Below, one piece after another: positions 9,277 through 17,928 of a stretch of DNA of 64,000 nt. The DNA is from an uncultured virus (IMG/VR IMGVR_UViG_3300031416_000004) (taxonomy: Duplodnaviria > Heunggongvirae > Uroviricota > Caudoviricetes), in the IMG/VR virus record IMGVR_UViG_3300031416_000004; one strand, 5' to 3'. Numbering within the stretch: position 1 is the stretch's first letter; every line of letters starts with the position of its first letter. The notes beneath the pieces were generated by a model. It ran no database searches, was not told the DNA's origin, and was given only the letters and a program-made list of their open reading frames with translations. Both the position numbers and the translations under genes were made by a program.

Positions 9277-9804
9277 TCAGATTTCTTCGTCGTCAGAGCC
9301 GGCGTCGTCAGAACCAGGCACTGCGGTCAGGCGGCCCTTGCCGAAGCCAGTGTCCGTTTCCTTCTGCTTGGCAACCCAGTCAACGACACGCTGAAGGTCT
9401 TTCGCCGGAACGTCGGCCACCGTTGCGCCTTCCTTGCCGACGAGCTTCGCCAGAGCGCCCTTGATCTTGCTCTTACGTGCGGCGGTTTCCGGATCACCTT
9501 CAACGTTCGCGAATTCGCCGAGCCACGGTGCGACGATCTTCATCTTGACCGTTTCGGTGGTCAGCTTCGGCGCAGTGTCTTCTTCGCCGTCACCTTCGCC
9601 CTCGCCCGTGTCGGCGCCGGTCTCAGTTTTCGTATCTTCCTTCTTGGCGCGGGTGCGTTTCGGCTTTTCCTCGCCTTCGCCGGCCGACGCCGACTTGCCG
9701 CCCGCTGCCAGCACCGCATTCAGTTTTTCGGTATGGTCATTCTGCGCTTCGGTGAGCGCCACGACGGCGCTGGTGAGAGCTTCGATCTTCGCTTCGAGAG
9801 ACAT
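9277..9804 (-). CDS. Conserved phage replication-module protein
   Basis: MSLEAKIEALTSAV coiled N-terminus, low-complexity linker; usual position upstream of DUF2800. Confidence 0.75.
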   Translation of the reverse strand: MSLEAKIEALTSAVVALTEAQNDHTEKLNAVLAAGGKSASAGEGEEKPKRTRAKKEDTKTETGADTGEGEGDGEEDTAPKLTTETVKMKIVAPWLGEFANVEGDPETAARKSKIKGALAKLVGKEGATVADVPAKDLQRVVDWVAKQKETDTGFGKGRLTAVPGSDDAGSDDEEI

Positions 9805-9872
9805 TTCTTTCCTTTCAGGGTGACATTGAATTGGTAAGATCGTGCGTTCGCCGCTTACGATGTATTATCAAT

Positions 9873-9932
9873 TTCCACAAACAGTTGATTATGTCAACAA
9901 GTGATTGACTTCAAAATCAACAAAAAGTAGTT
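9873..9932. promoter_or_regulatory. Three tandem operator-like palindromes in the divergent promoter region
   Basis: TTCCAC-N5-GTTGAT 9873, GTCAAC-N5-ATTGAC 9893, ATCAAC-N5-GTAGTT 9916; TTGACA (minus) and TTGACT (plus) hexamers overlap them. Confidence 0.75.
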
Positions 9933-9967
9933 TCTATGGAAATCACATGTTCGAACAGGAAACGGGA

Positions 9968-10279
9968 ATGACAGCCGAGACCAAACAGAAACGACGGAAT
10001 TCCGGACCTTGCGGTCCTCTTTACGACCTTCTCGTGCAGAAGCTGCCAGATTACCACTTGATCTATGGCGGGCACATCCGCCTGGACATCTACAAGCTCT
10101 CCGAGGCAATCGGCGTGAGCCCGCAGCACATTTATCAGGTTCTGCCGAGCGGCGACAAACCTGCTGCGGCAAAGAACCTCTCTGTCCGTCTGGCACGCAA
10201 GCTCATCCAATGTTCCGAGGAACACACGACCATCGAGCCTCTGACTCTGCTCGATCTGGAACCCTTTCTTCCGTCCTGA
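9968..10279 (+). CDS. Cro-like HTH protein
   Basis: KLSEAIGVSPQHIYQ helix-turn-helix; first gene of the rightward operon. Confidence 0.65.
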   Translation: MTAETKQKRRNSGPCGPLYDLLVQKLPDYHLIYGGHIRLDIYKLSEAIGVSPQHIYQVLPSGDKPAAAKNLSVRLARKLIQCSEEHTTIEPLTLLDLEPFLPS

Positions 10280-10406
10280 TTCGTCCGCAGTCCTCCCTGA
10301 TTTCTCTCTAACTGCGGACTGTCAGAAATGTTGAAACTGAAACTCGCTGGCCGTCCATCAGACGGATACACCTTCTGCCGTCTGCGCGAAGGGTTGGGAG
10401 CCGTAT

Positions 10407-12860
10407 ATGCTCCATGAAATTGAACCATTTGCGCGAGCAGGTTTTGCGATCCACTGGCTGCACCCGAAATCCAAGCGGCCGATCGGCAACGATTGGGCTT
10501 CGAAGCCGGTAAAGACGTTGGACCAACTGCGCAACAGCTACGAGGCCGGCGTATCCGGCAAAAATGTCGGCGTGCGACTTGGAAAGTGGTCGAAGATCGG
10601 TTCTGATTTCCTTCTCGTCATCGATGTCGACATCCGCAAGCCGGAACTGGCGAAAGAAGCCTTCGCAGAACTGAAGCACCTGTTTCCTGAATACGCAACG
10701 TATCCATCCGTGATCTCGGGCTCAGGCGGCGCGAGCCGGCATTTCTACATCCTGACATCTCGTGAGTTCCCGTCGAAACAGTTAGCTCACTCTGCGCACC
10801 AATCCCTTGTTTGGGATGAGAAGCAGCAGAAGGACGTGAAAAAGTGGGATTGGGAGATCGAGCTTTTCGGCACCGGCAAACAAGTTGCCATGCCGCCATC
10901 GATCCACCCGATCACCGGGAAACCGTATATTTGGGAGCGCCCGTTCGACCTGGACGATCTCGATCTCGGCTTGGGCCCGTTCGTCGAGTCGGACTACGTT
11001 GCCTCGCTGATCGATTACGACGAGGAACGCGAGAACGCACCGGTCAATCCTGATGCCATTGAACCGCTCGGCCTGACACCGGACCAGGTTCGCGAGATGC
11101 TGTCGAAGATCCCGAATGAGGATTTCGACTACGAGGAATGGCTGAACGTCATGGCCTCTGTCCAGCATGAGGCGCAGGGACATCCTCTCTCGATCCGCAA
11201 GCAATTCTACGAGGTATTTCGCGAGTGGTCTGCGCGATCCTCCAAGCACGACGATGAAACGACCAAAGCCAAATACAAGAGTTTCAAGAACAGTCCGAAT
11301 CGGAGACAGCGCACAATGCGCTCAATTCAGGCGCAGGTCCGCGAGATCGAGCTTGATGAGCAAATGGACGACCTTGGTGACGAGATTGATGATCTCGGGC
11401 CCGAGGAAGATGAGGAAGACGGTGAATTCGATGACGTGCTCGGCAGCGACCCCGACAAGCCGTCCAAACGAGAAATCAGATTGCGCAAGGCAGAGGTCGA
11501 GCACGCCTTCGGCATAGTCCCGAAGCGTATCCAGCGTCTGAATGAAAAGCACGCTGTCACGTTTTTGAGCGGCAAGTGCGTAATTATCACCGAAAATTCT
11601 GACGGGACAACATCTTACGGAACCCCCGGTGAGCTTCATAACTGGTACGAAAACGACCGTGTGGCCGGTGAGAAGTCCACTCAACCGGTGTCGAAAGCCT
11701 GGATGCAGCACAAGGGACGGCGGCAGTATCCGAACGGCGTTGTTTTTTCCCCTGGAAAGGAACGTGACGGCTACTTCAACCACTGGAAAGGGTTCGATGT
11801 GGAGCCTGATCCCAAGGGTTCCTGTAAAATGTGGCTGGATCACCTACGCGAGATCATCTGCTGCGGAAATGAAGAGCATTATCGGTACGCGCTCGGATGG
11901 TTTGCCCACATGGTTCAGAAGCCTTGGGAGAAACCTGGCGTTGCCATGGTCCTGCGCGGCAGAAAGCGCATTGGTAAGGACACGATCGCCGACTATTTCG
12001 GCGGTATCATCAAGCGATATCACGTCACGGTCGCCAATCAGGACCAGATGGTCGGCAAGTTCAACCAGCACCAAGAACGGTGCCTGATGCTCCATGTGCA
12101 GGAAGGTTTTTGGGCCGGCAACAAGCAGGCTGAAGGTTCCCTGAAGTACCTGATCACCTCGACATCGGTGATGATCGAACCGAAGACCGTGAATGCCTTT
12201 AAGGTGGACAGCTATCTTCGCCTTTTCATCTCGTCGAACGAAGATTGGGTCGTTCCTGCCACCGCAGATGAAGGGCGTTATTTCGTTCTGGATGTCTCCG
12301 ACAAGCGGAAGGACGATCACAAGTATTTCGGCGCGATGAAGCGCGAGATGATGAACGGTGGTCTGGAAGCTCTGCTCCATTACCTGCAGAACTACGATCT
12401 CAGCAAGTTCGAAGTGCGCAAGGTGCCGGATACCAATGCGCTGGCCGACCAGAAAATCCAGGGTTTGAAGAACCTCGACAAGTGGTGGTTCTCGATGCTC
12501 GAATCAGGTGAGCCAGAGTTCGAGTTTCAGAACATCAAGGGCATAGTTGCTGACTGGAACACTGAGGCCATCGTCGTGGATCGAGACGACTTCCGCAATG
12601 TCTACTCTGCATGGATGCGGCACCAGCGCTATGACGGCAGCGAGCTTGTGAAGTTCATGATCGGCAAACGGCTCCGCGAGCTTTGCCCGCAGATCGAAGA
12701 CAGGCGGCGCCGTGATGGTAGCAAGCAGATTTGGACATATGTCATTCCGAGTTTGCCGCAGTGCCGATTGGAGTTCAGCAAGTTTATGAATTCCGAGATC
12801 AAGTGGGAGAGCACTGACGCTCCTGAAATCGTTCTGGAAGAGGATTTCGACGATTTATAA
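10407..12860 (+). CDS. Prim-Pol primase fused to PriCT-2 and SF3/DUF5906 helicase
   Basis: IDVD, SGSGG.RHFY, PPSIHP; WL....S...F.EWS PriCT pattern; GRKRIGKD, ISSN helicase motifs. Confidence 0.9.
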   Translation: MLHEIEPFARAGFAIHWLHPKSKRPIGNDWASKPVKTLDQLRNSYEAGVSGKNVGVRLGKWSKIGSDFLLVIDVDIRKPELAKEAFAELKHLFPEYATYPSVISGSGGASRHFYILTSREFPSKQLAHSAHQSLVWDEKQQKDVKKWDWEIELFGTGKQVAMPPSIHPITGKPYIWERPFDLDDLDLGLGPFVESDYVASLIDYDEERENAPVNPDAIEPLGLTPDQVREMLSKIPNEDFDYEEWLNVMASVQHEAQGHPLSIRKQFYEVFREWSARSSKHDDETTKAKYKSFKNSPNRRQRTMRSIQAQVREIELDEQMDDLGDEIDDLGPEEDEEDGEFDDVLGSDPDKPSKREIRLRKAEVEHAFGIVPKRIQRLNEKHAVTFLSGKCVIITENSDGTTSYGTPGELHNWYENDRVAGEKSTQPVSKAWMQHKGRRQYPNGVVFSPGKERDGYFNHWKGFDVEPDPKGSCKMWLDHLREIICCGNEEHYRYALGWFAHMVQKPWEKPGVAMVLRGRKRIGKDTIADYFGGIIKRYHVTVANQDQMVGKFNQHQERCLMLHVQEGFWAGNKQAEGSLKYLITSTSVMIEPKTVNAFKVDSYLRLFISSNEDWVVPATADEGRYFVLDVSDKRKDDHKYFGAMKREMMNGGLEALLHYLQNYDLSKFEVRKVPDTNALADQKIQGLKNLDKWWFSMLESGEPEFEFQNIKGIVADWNTEAIVVDRDDFRNVYSAWMRHQRYDGSELVKFMIGKRLRELCPQIEDRRRRDGSKQIWTYVIPSLPQCRLEFSKFMNSEIKWESTDAPEIVLEEDFDDL

Positions 12861-12926
12861 ATCAACAAACGGTTGATTATGTAAACTGCTTGGGGTATGG
12901 TCATCGCAGTCACAAAGGAGATTGCG

Positions 12927-14333
12927 ATGACAGTTACTGGAAAAGATTTGATTGCGGCGGGTGCCGTGCCTGGAAAATGGTTTCCGGAAGCTCTACGCCT
13001 AATAAACGACGAAGGGCTGACGATCGGGCAAGCGCTCTCAAGGTGTGAACCCGCTCCCGCGCTCCCCCTGAGCCCCGCCCATTCGAAACCGATTTACGAG
13101 AACATCCGGTCCGAGAACGAAGCTGAAGCAGCGAATGTTTTGGCCGTTAAACTCACCATGAAAGAGGTGATGCGCACCCCGGTCACCATTGCAGGCTCGA
13201 TCATGCCAGACGCTTGCCCTGCAGGTCCGCTCGGGACAATCCCTGTTGGGGGCATCGTATCTTCGACGGAAATTCACCCCGGCATGCACTCTGCCGATAT
13301 CTGCTGCTCGATGGCGATCACCATCTTCGACGCCAACGCGGATCCGAAAGAACTTCTGGATGCCGTACAAGAGGTCACCCACTTCGGACCAGGCGGCCGT
13401 CCGTTTGGCAATCATGCACTGAAAGCGGGCGAGTTCCGAGGCATCACCGACAGCGACAATCCGTTTCTTCAGGAGGCGAAAAAGTTGGCATCGTCACATT
13501 TCGCCACTCAAGGTGACGGGAATCATTTTGCCTATGTTGGGCGAATGAAGTCGAACGGCAGGGTCGCATTGGTGACGCACCACGGATCTCGCGGTCCCGG
13601 CGCCATGCTCTACAAGGCCGGCATGAGGGTAGCTGAAAAGAACACCCGCAAAATCTCACCTGAAACCCTGAAACAGAATGGCTGGATCAAAGCTGACAGC
13701 CGCGAGGGAGAACTTTATTGGGACGCCCTGCAACAGGTACGCAGGTGGACCAAAGCCAGCCATTTCCAAATCCATGACGATGCTGCCCTACTCTATCGAA
13801 TGAATGTCAGATCGACCGCCTTTCGCCCTCTGATCACCGAAGATAGATTTTGGAATGAGCACAATTTCGTCTTCAGGAAAAGCGATGGGTTGTTCTATCA
13901 CGCGAAGGGCGCAACTCCTGCCTTTAAGGGATGGGCCGATGATGCCGGTGATCGCACAATCATTCCCCTGAACATGGGTGAGCCAATCCTGATTGTCCGC
14001 GGACGCGATGCGCCGCATTCCCTCGGGTTCTCACCTCACGGCGCCGGTCGAAACTTTTCCCGCACTCAACACAAGCGTCTCATGGAGGGGCGCACCGACG
14101 AGGAAATTTTCGCCGAAGAAACGGCTCATATCGATGCGCGCTTCTTCATGGGCATCACCGATATTTCAGAGTTGCCGAGCGCCTACAAAAACGCAGCGGC
14201 GGTTAGGGAGCAGATCAGTGAGTTCGGTCTGGCCGATATTGTCGATGAGGTAATCCCGTATGGCTGCATTATGGCCGGCGATTGGGAACGTGATGCGCCA
14301 TGGAAGAAAGCCCGAAAAGGCGGTGAAGCATGA
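12927..14333 (+). CDS. rtcB: RtcB-family RNA ligase
   Basis: MPDAC, PVGG, DICCSM, GDGNHF, HHGSRG, HNF, HAKGAT, HGAGR, ELPSAYK motifs. Confidence 0.9.
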   Translation: MTVTGKDLIAAGAVPGKWFPEALRLINDEGLTIGQALSRCEPAPALPLSPAHSKPIYENIRSENEAEAANVLAVKLTMKEVMRTPVTIAGSIMPDACPAGPLGTIPVGGIVSSTEIHPGMHSADICCSMAITIFDANADPKELLDAVQEVTHFGPGGRPFGNHALKAGEFRGITDSDNPFLQEAKKLASSHFATQGDGNHFAYVGRMKSNGRVALVTHHGSRGPGAMLYKAGMRVAEKNTRKISPETLKQNGWIKADSREGELYWDALQQVRRWTKASHFQIHDDAALLYRMNVRSTAFRPLITEDRFWNEHNFVFRKSDGLFYHAKGATPAFKGWADDAGDRTIIPLNMGEPILIVRGRDAPHSLGFSPHGAGRNFSRTQHKRLMEGRTDEEIFAEETAHIDARFFMGITDISELPSAYKNAAAVREQISEFGLADIVDEVIPYGCIMAGDWERDAPWKKARKGGEA

Positions 14334-14530
14334 GTGCAGATTTCGTCACCGTTGAGCAGATCCGCGCCCAATTGGAGATCGCCCACGAACTGGCGAAATC
14401 CCATGTCGGCTTCGTCGTGATGCCGGTGCTGAACAAAGACGCCTACCGCGTGCATCTGCTGAAGCAGCAGGTCGCTTTGGAGGAAGTCGCGCAGGCCGCC
14501 GAGCGGGCGCAGGAAGGGGGTGGAGTATGA
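14330..14530 (+). CDS. Hypothetical protein
   Basis: ATGA-coupled to rtcB. Confidence 0.6.
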   Translation: MSADFVTVEQIRAQLEIAHELAKSHVGFVVMPVLNKDAYRVHLLKQQVALEEVAQAAERAQEGGGV

Positions 14531-14724
14531 TCGCCGTCTACGCAATTACATGGTTCGCCGGCTTGTTGATATCTGTCGCACTACTCCACCTCACATTCGG
14601 AAATGCGATGCTCGTTAGCATGTTTCCAGAGGGACAGCGGTGGTGGTTTTGGCCCTCTAGGATCGCAGCAATGCTTTTCTTCTCAGCAGTAGTTCACTTT
14701 CACCCATTTTCGGTAGGTGCGTAA
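14527..14724 (+). CDS. Small membrane protein
   Basis: Two hydrophobic segments; coupled start. Confidence 0.6.
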   Translation: MIAVYAITWFAGLLISVALLHLTFGNAMLVSMFPEGQRWWFWPSRIAAMLFFSAVVHFHPFSVGA

Positions 14725-14927
14725 TGGTCGGCTATCATCTCAGCCCTCGGGCACAACGGGAAATGGAACGCAAATTCGCGATCGAACATCGCGCAATCGA
14801 ACTGCTGACCATCATTGCCGGCGAATTCAAATCTGACCCTCAGTCTGTCGCGTGTTTCGATCTTCGCATCGTCGAGGAAGCCGTTGCCATCACAGACGAA
14901 TATCCGAAATATAAGGGGCTGTTCTGA
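14724..14927 (+). CDS. Hypothetical protein
   Basis: TAATG coupling. Confidence 0.6.
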   Translation: MVGYHLSPRAQREMERKFAIEHRAIELLTIIAGEFKSDPQSVACFDLRIVEEAVAITDEYPKYKGLF

Positions 14928-15454
14928 TGGACACCGACAAAATCAAGCGCCTCGTCGCAGAGGCATTCTGTCGATACCGTGGCATCAATCCTAACACATT
15001 AGAACCTGGTGATGTCTACGGTGTTGACGGCTATATGCGCAACGGCGATCCCGCGCATTTCATTTGGCGGGAGTACACCGATCACCGCGCAGTGGATGAG
15101 TTGGTATATGCCTTAAAGCAAATGCTGTCTCCGAGGAAAGTCACTGGTGATGAACTGAAGGTAGCCTTGACGCCCCAACAAATCCGCCTGAGCTCCTTCC
15201 AGACCGATGTCCTGCAACACCTGTTTGAGGACGAGAAACGCGAATTCTATTCGTCGCTCAACAGCATCGCGGTCAACCTGCAGTGCGAAAAGAACAGGGT
15301 GCGGCTCGCCTGTCGAGCCCTCAAACGGAAGGGTCTCGCCAAGCAGGTGCCGTTTCATGACGATGAGGGTTTCATCCGCGGCTCGGGTTACGGGATCACG
15401 CCGGCCGGCGTTGCCTATGCTGAGAGGCAGGGGTGGAAGGGTGGTGATGAGTGA
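14927..15454 (+). CDS. Protein with C-terminal winged-helix-like domain
   Basis: SLNSIAVNL...VRLACRALKRKGL...GYGITPAG. Confidence 0.6.
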   Translation: MDTDKIKRLVAEAFCRYRGINPNTLEPGDVYGVDGYMRNGDPAHFIWREYTDHRAVDELVYALKQMLSPRKVTGDELKVALTPQQIRLSSFQTDVLQHLFEDEKREFYSSLNSIAVNLQCEKNRVRLACRALKRKGLAKQVPFHDDEGFIRGSGYGITPAGVAYAERQGWKGGDE

Positions 15455-15657
15455 TGGTCAATAACATCAAGTTCAAAGTCATTACGCCTGACAATACAGA
15501 GCATCTCGTCACATGCGGGTGGGCCACAATTTCTGAAAATGGGACGCTTAATTTTCGAAGCACTGTTGGGCGCAACGGCAGGGAAGACATTGTCAGGTCT
15601 TTTGCCCACGGTCATTGGGCGAATGTTGAGCGGCTGACGGAGGTGGTGTTGATATGA
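15451..15657 (+). CDS. Hypothetical protein
   Basis: Coupled ORF in operon. Confidence 0.5.
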   Translation: MMVNNIKFKVITPDNTEHLVTCGWATISENGTLNFRSTVGRNGREDIVRSFAHGHWANVERLTEVVLI

Positions 15658-15884
15658 GCGATAACCAATTCATCATCAGTTGGGATGTCGCGATCAACGG
15701 TTCTGAGGCTTTCATCACCGAGATCGTCAATGGTGGGATCGGCGGCAGCGTTATGTTTGGCCCAATGCCCCGTGATGCCACCGGTCCTTTCATGGATGAG
15801 CGCAAGGAGTTCTTCGAGGATCTGGTGAAGCGCCAGCGGGAAAGGCTCGTGAACTTCCGTCCGCAGAAGTTGGGAGGTGCGTGA
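15654..15884 (+). CDS. Hypothetical protein
   Basis: GGAGG RBS, coupled ORF. Confidence 0.6.
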   Translation: MSDNQFIISWDVAINGSEAFITEIVNGGIGGSVMFGPMPRDATGPFMDERKEFFEDLVKRQRERLVNFRPQKLGGA

Positions 15885-16309
15885 TGACGCCCGCTGAAAT
15901 TCGCAATCTCATCGCAACCATTCTGCTCGAACGTGGGCAGCCAATATCCACTCCGCAGATCGTTGAACTCCTGGCGTTCAAGCACGGTGTCCACATCACC
16001 AATACGTCCGCTGGCGCCAACCTTGGCTTCCTGCGCGCTGGCGGGATCGTGGACAGGCGCTCTGCCCCTAAGTGGGGCAAGCCTTACTGGAAAAAGGGGA
16101 GTTGGCGCTTCTCATCTGAAAACTGGTGGTATCACGTTCACAGCGTTACGAAGCAAGATGCGATCTCGTTTACCAGAAAGATCCGCATTGAAGTTGAAAT
16201 GAAGGCTCGTGAAAACCAGCGTTCAAAAGGTCGTCCGGTTAGCAAACCAATTCCACCGCGGTCGGACGATATGCGTCAGATGGTCGATGACATCAGGGGG
16301 TGCCTGTGA
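15881..16309 (+). CDS. Hypothetical protein, winged-helix-like N-terminus
   Basis: GGAGG RBS; PISTPQIVELL...NLGFLRAGGIV. Confidence 0.55.
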   Translation: MMTPAEIRNLIATILLERGQPISTPQIVELLAFKHGVHITNTSAGANLGFLRAGGIVDRRSAPKWGKPYWKKGSWRFSSENWWYHVHSVTKQDAISFTRKIRIEVEMKARENQRSKGRPVSKPIPPRSDDMRQMVDDIRGCL

Positions 16310-16437
16310 TGAAAACGATCTACGAGTTTTTCGCAGAACACGGTTGCACCGATTATGAGAAAGCCTGGTTGATCGAACGTCTCGCCGAAATGCGTTATGT
16401 GAAAACCATAGAAATGTTGAAGCGCGTTCTGCGCTAA
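16309..16437 (+). CDS. 42-aa hypothetical protein
   Basis: TGATG coupling; ends just before a terminator. Confidence 0.5.
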   Translation: MKTIYEFFAEHGCTDYEKAWLIERLAEMRYVKTIEMLKRVLR

Positions 16438-16463
16438 CCACCAGAAATAACGCTTTGACAATG

Positions 16464-16491
16464 GCCCGCCTTGTGCGGGCTTTTGCTTTTT
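16464..16491 (+). terminator. Intrinsic terminator
   Basis: GCCCGC-loop-GCGGGC followed by TTTTGCTTTTT. Confidence 0.8.
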
Positions 16492-16814
16492 CAGGTGGTG
16501 TCGGAATTACCGATCCCATCTTCCCGCGGTCTCATGACCTGCTTACTGCGCTCCCAATATTCCTCGACCTTCTGCGTGGCGATCCTAGCCGTATCTACCC
16601 ACCCTGTGTTGGGCGTGGGTGGTGCGCCAGTGTATTTGCGGGAATACCAGCCGGCCCACTGCCATTTGCCCTTGGTAGGGCCCTGTAGTTCTTTCCTGAT
16701 GCGTCCGATCGGTTCTCCGTCGTCATACCCCATCCAATCGAAATCGGTCGGCGGATCTTGGTTATCGATCTGCGTGCGTTTCCACGGGAATTTGGGCTCG
16801 TAACGGTGTGTCAT
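16491..16814 (-). CDS. Trp-rich hypothetical protein
   Basis: 107-aa ORF convergent on the terminator. Confidence 0.65.
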   Translation of the reverse strand: MTHRYEPKFPWKRTQIDNQDPPTDFDWMGYDDGEPIGRIRKELQGPTKGKWQWAGWYSRKYTGAPPTPNTGWVDTARIATQKVEEYWERSKQVMRPREDGIGNSDTT

Positions 16815-16838
16815 TAGGTCTTCCGACCGGCGTCATAC

Positions 16839-17120
16839 TTAGCCAAGAACATCAGCAAAACGATCGGTGTGCCCTGCAGGGTGGTAGACCCACTTCTGAA
16901 CCCCATCAACCCTCTCCCGAATTCCGGATTTGACCCACCCACAATAGGAGATCAAAATGATGGACATTCTCACTGATACGCGCCGATCATAGTCCCGCAA
17001 GCTCTTACCAAGTGCCGCGCACCAGACCTGCTCCACATAAACGGATTCTCTGCCAGCGAGCCATACCCTTATCTTCTCAATTTGCGCAGCAAGTTCGCTT
17101 GTCATTGTCAATTGCTTCAT
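16839..17120 (-). CDS. Small winged-helix-like protein resembling VapE-type helicase C-termini
   Basis: EQVWCAALG...IIL...GW...R...QKWVY; GGAG RBS; ends FADVLG. Confidence 0.55.
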   Translation of the reverse strand: MKQLTMTSELAAQIEKIRVWLAGRESVYVEQVWCAALGKSLRDYDRRVSVRMSIILISYCGWVKSGIRERVDGVQKWVYHPAGHTDRFADVLG

Positions 17121-17207
17121 GGCGCTCTCCTGTTCAATGTGAGACAGCATAATCGTCATCACCTAACATGACAACCGTTTGTTGATCTTTGGTTTCGATT
17201 GAAAATT

Positions 17208-17517
17208 TCTCCTTATCTCACTTGGGGTTCCTTATCTCACTCCTTGTCTCAGATAATATGTTGGATTCATTGCAAAAAACCGAGGTGAGATAAGGAAGAC
17301 AAGCGAGATAAGGAGTTTTTTGCTCAGAAAAACGAAGTGATTTTTCGCACACTTTCGCCCGGATGCTGCCACGGTGGGAGGGGAAATTTCTTGTAGCCAT
17401 ACACGGAAAACTCCTTATCTCATTTATCTTCCTTGTCTCACCCTAATAATAATAAATAGAATCAATAAGTTAAGTGAGACAAGGATGAGATAAGGAAGGC
17501 CAAGTGAGATAAGGAGA
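17208..17517. repeat. Symmetric array of ten TGAGAYAAGG-type repeats (candidate origin or packaging control region)
   Basis: Copies at 17211, 17230, 17242, 17413, 17431 (reverse) and 17286, 17304, 17475, 17486, 17505 (forward); AT-rich spacer 17441-17474. Confidence 0.8.
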
Positions 17518-17625
17518 TTTCCAAAATCCGGTGTTTTCGCCGAAAAACCGCACTTTCGTAACGCTTTGAACCCTTCAGGCCAATTTCAGGGCAAAAATTT
17601 TTCCAAAAACTGGCGCGAACCGGGG

Positions 17626-17668
17626 TCTCGGCGCCCCCGCAATCCCGTTTTTCGATCGAGAGGGACCC
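17626..17668 (-). other. Predicted cos site (cosQ-like GGGTCCC plus cosN-like GGGGCGCCGAGA)
   Basis: Minus strand ACGGGTCCC-N24-GGGGCGCCGAGA mirrors the lambda cosQ/cosN layout; lambda-type head genes present. Confidence 0.65.
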
Positions 17669-17928
17669 GTAGCGCCTTGATATTACAAGCAATAACGCGA
17701 TGATAACGCAATGCGGCAAGCCCACGCTAACGCACTGTGAAGCTAACGCACTGTGAACCTCATACGTTACGATAATTAGGGTTGCGCACGCACAGTGCAA
17801 AAACGTAACGCATGGACAATTACGGTTGCGCACGCTCGTACCACCACATAGCGTTGCTATATCCACATATGGTTGACTATCTAACGCAATGCGATTATGA
17901 GAATGGATATAAACAACGGATTAGGTGC

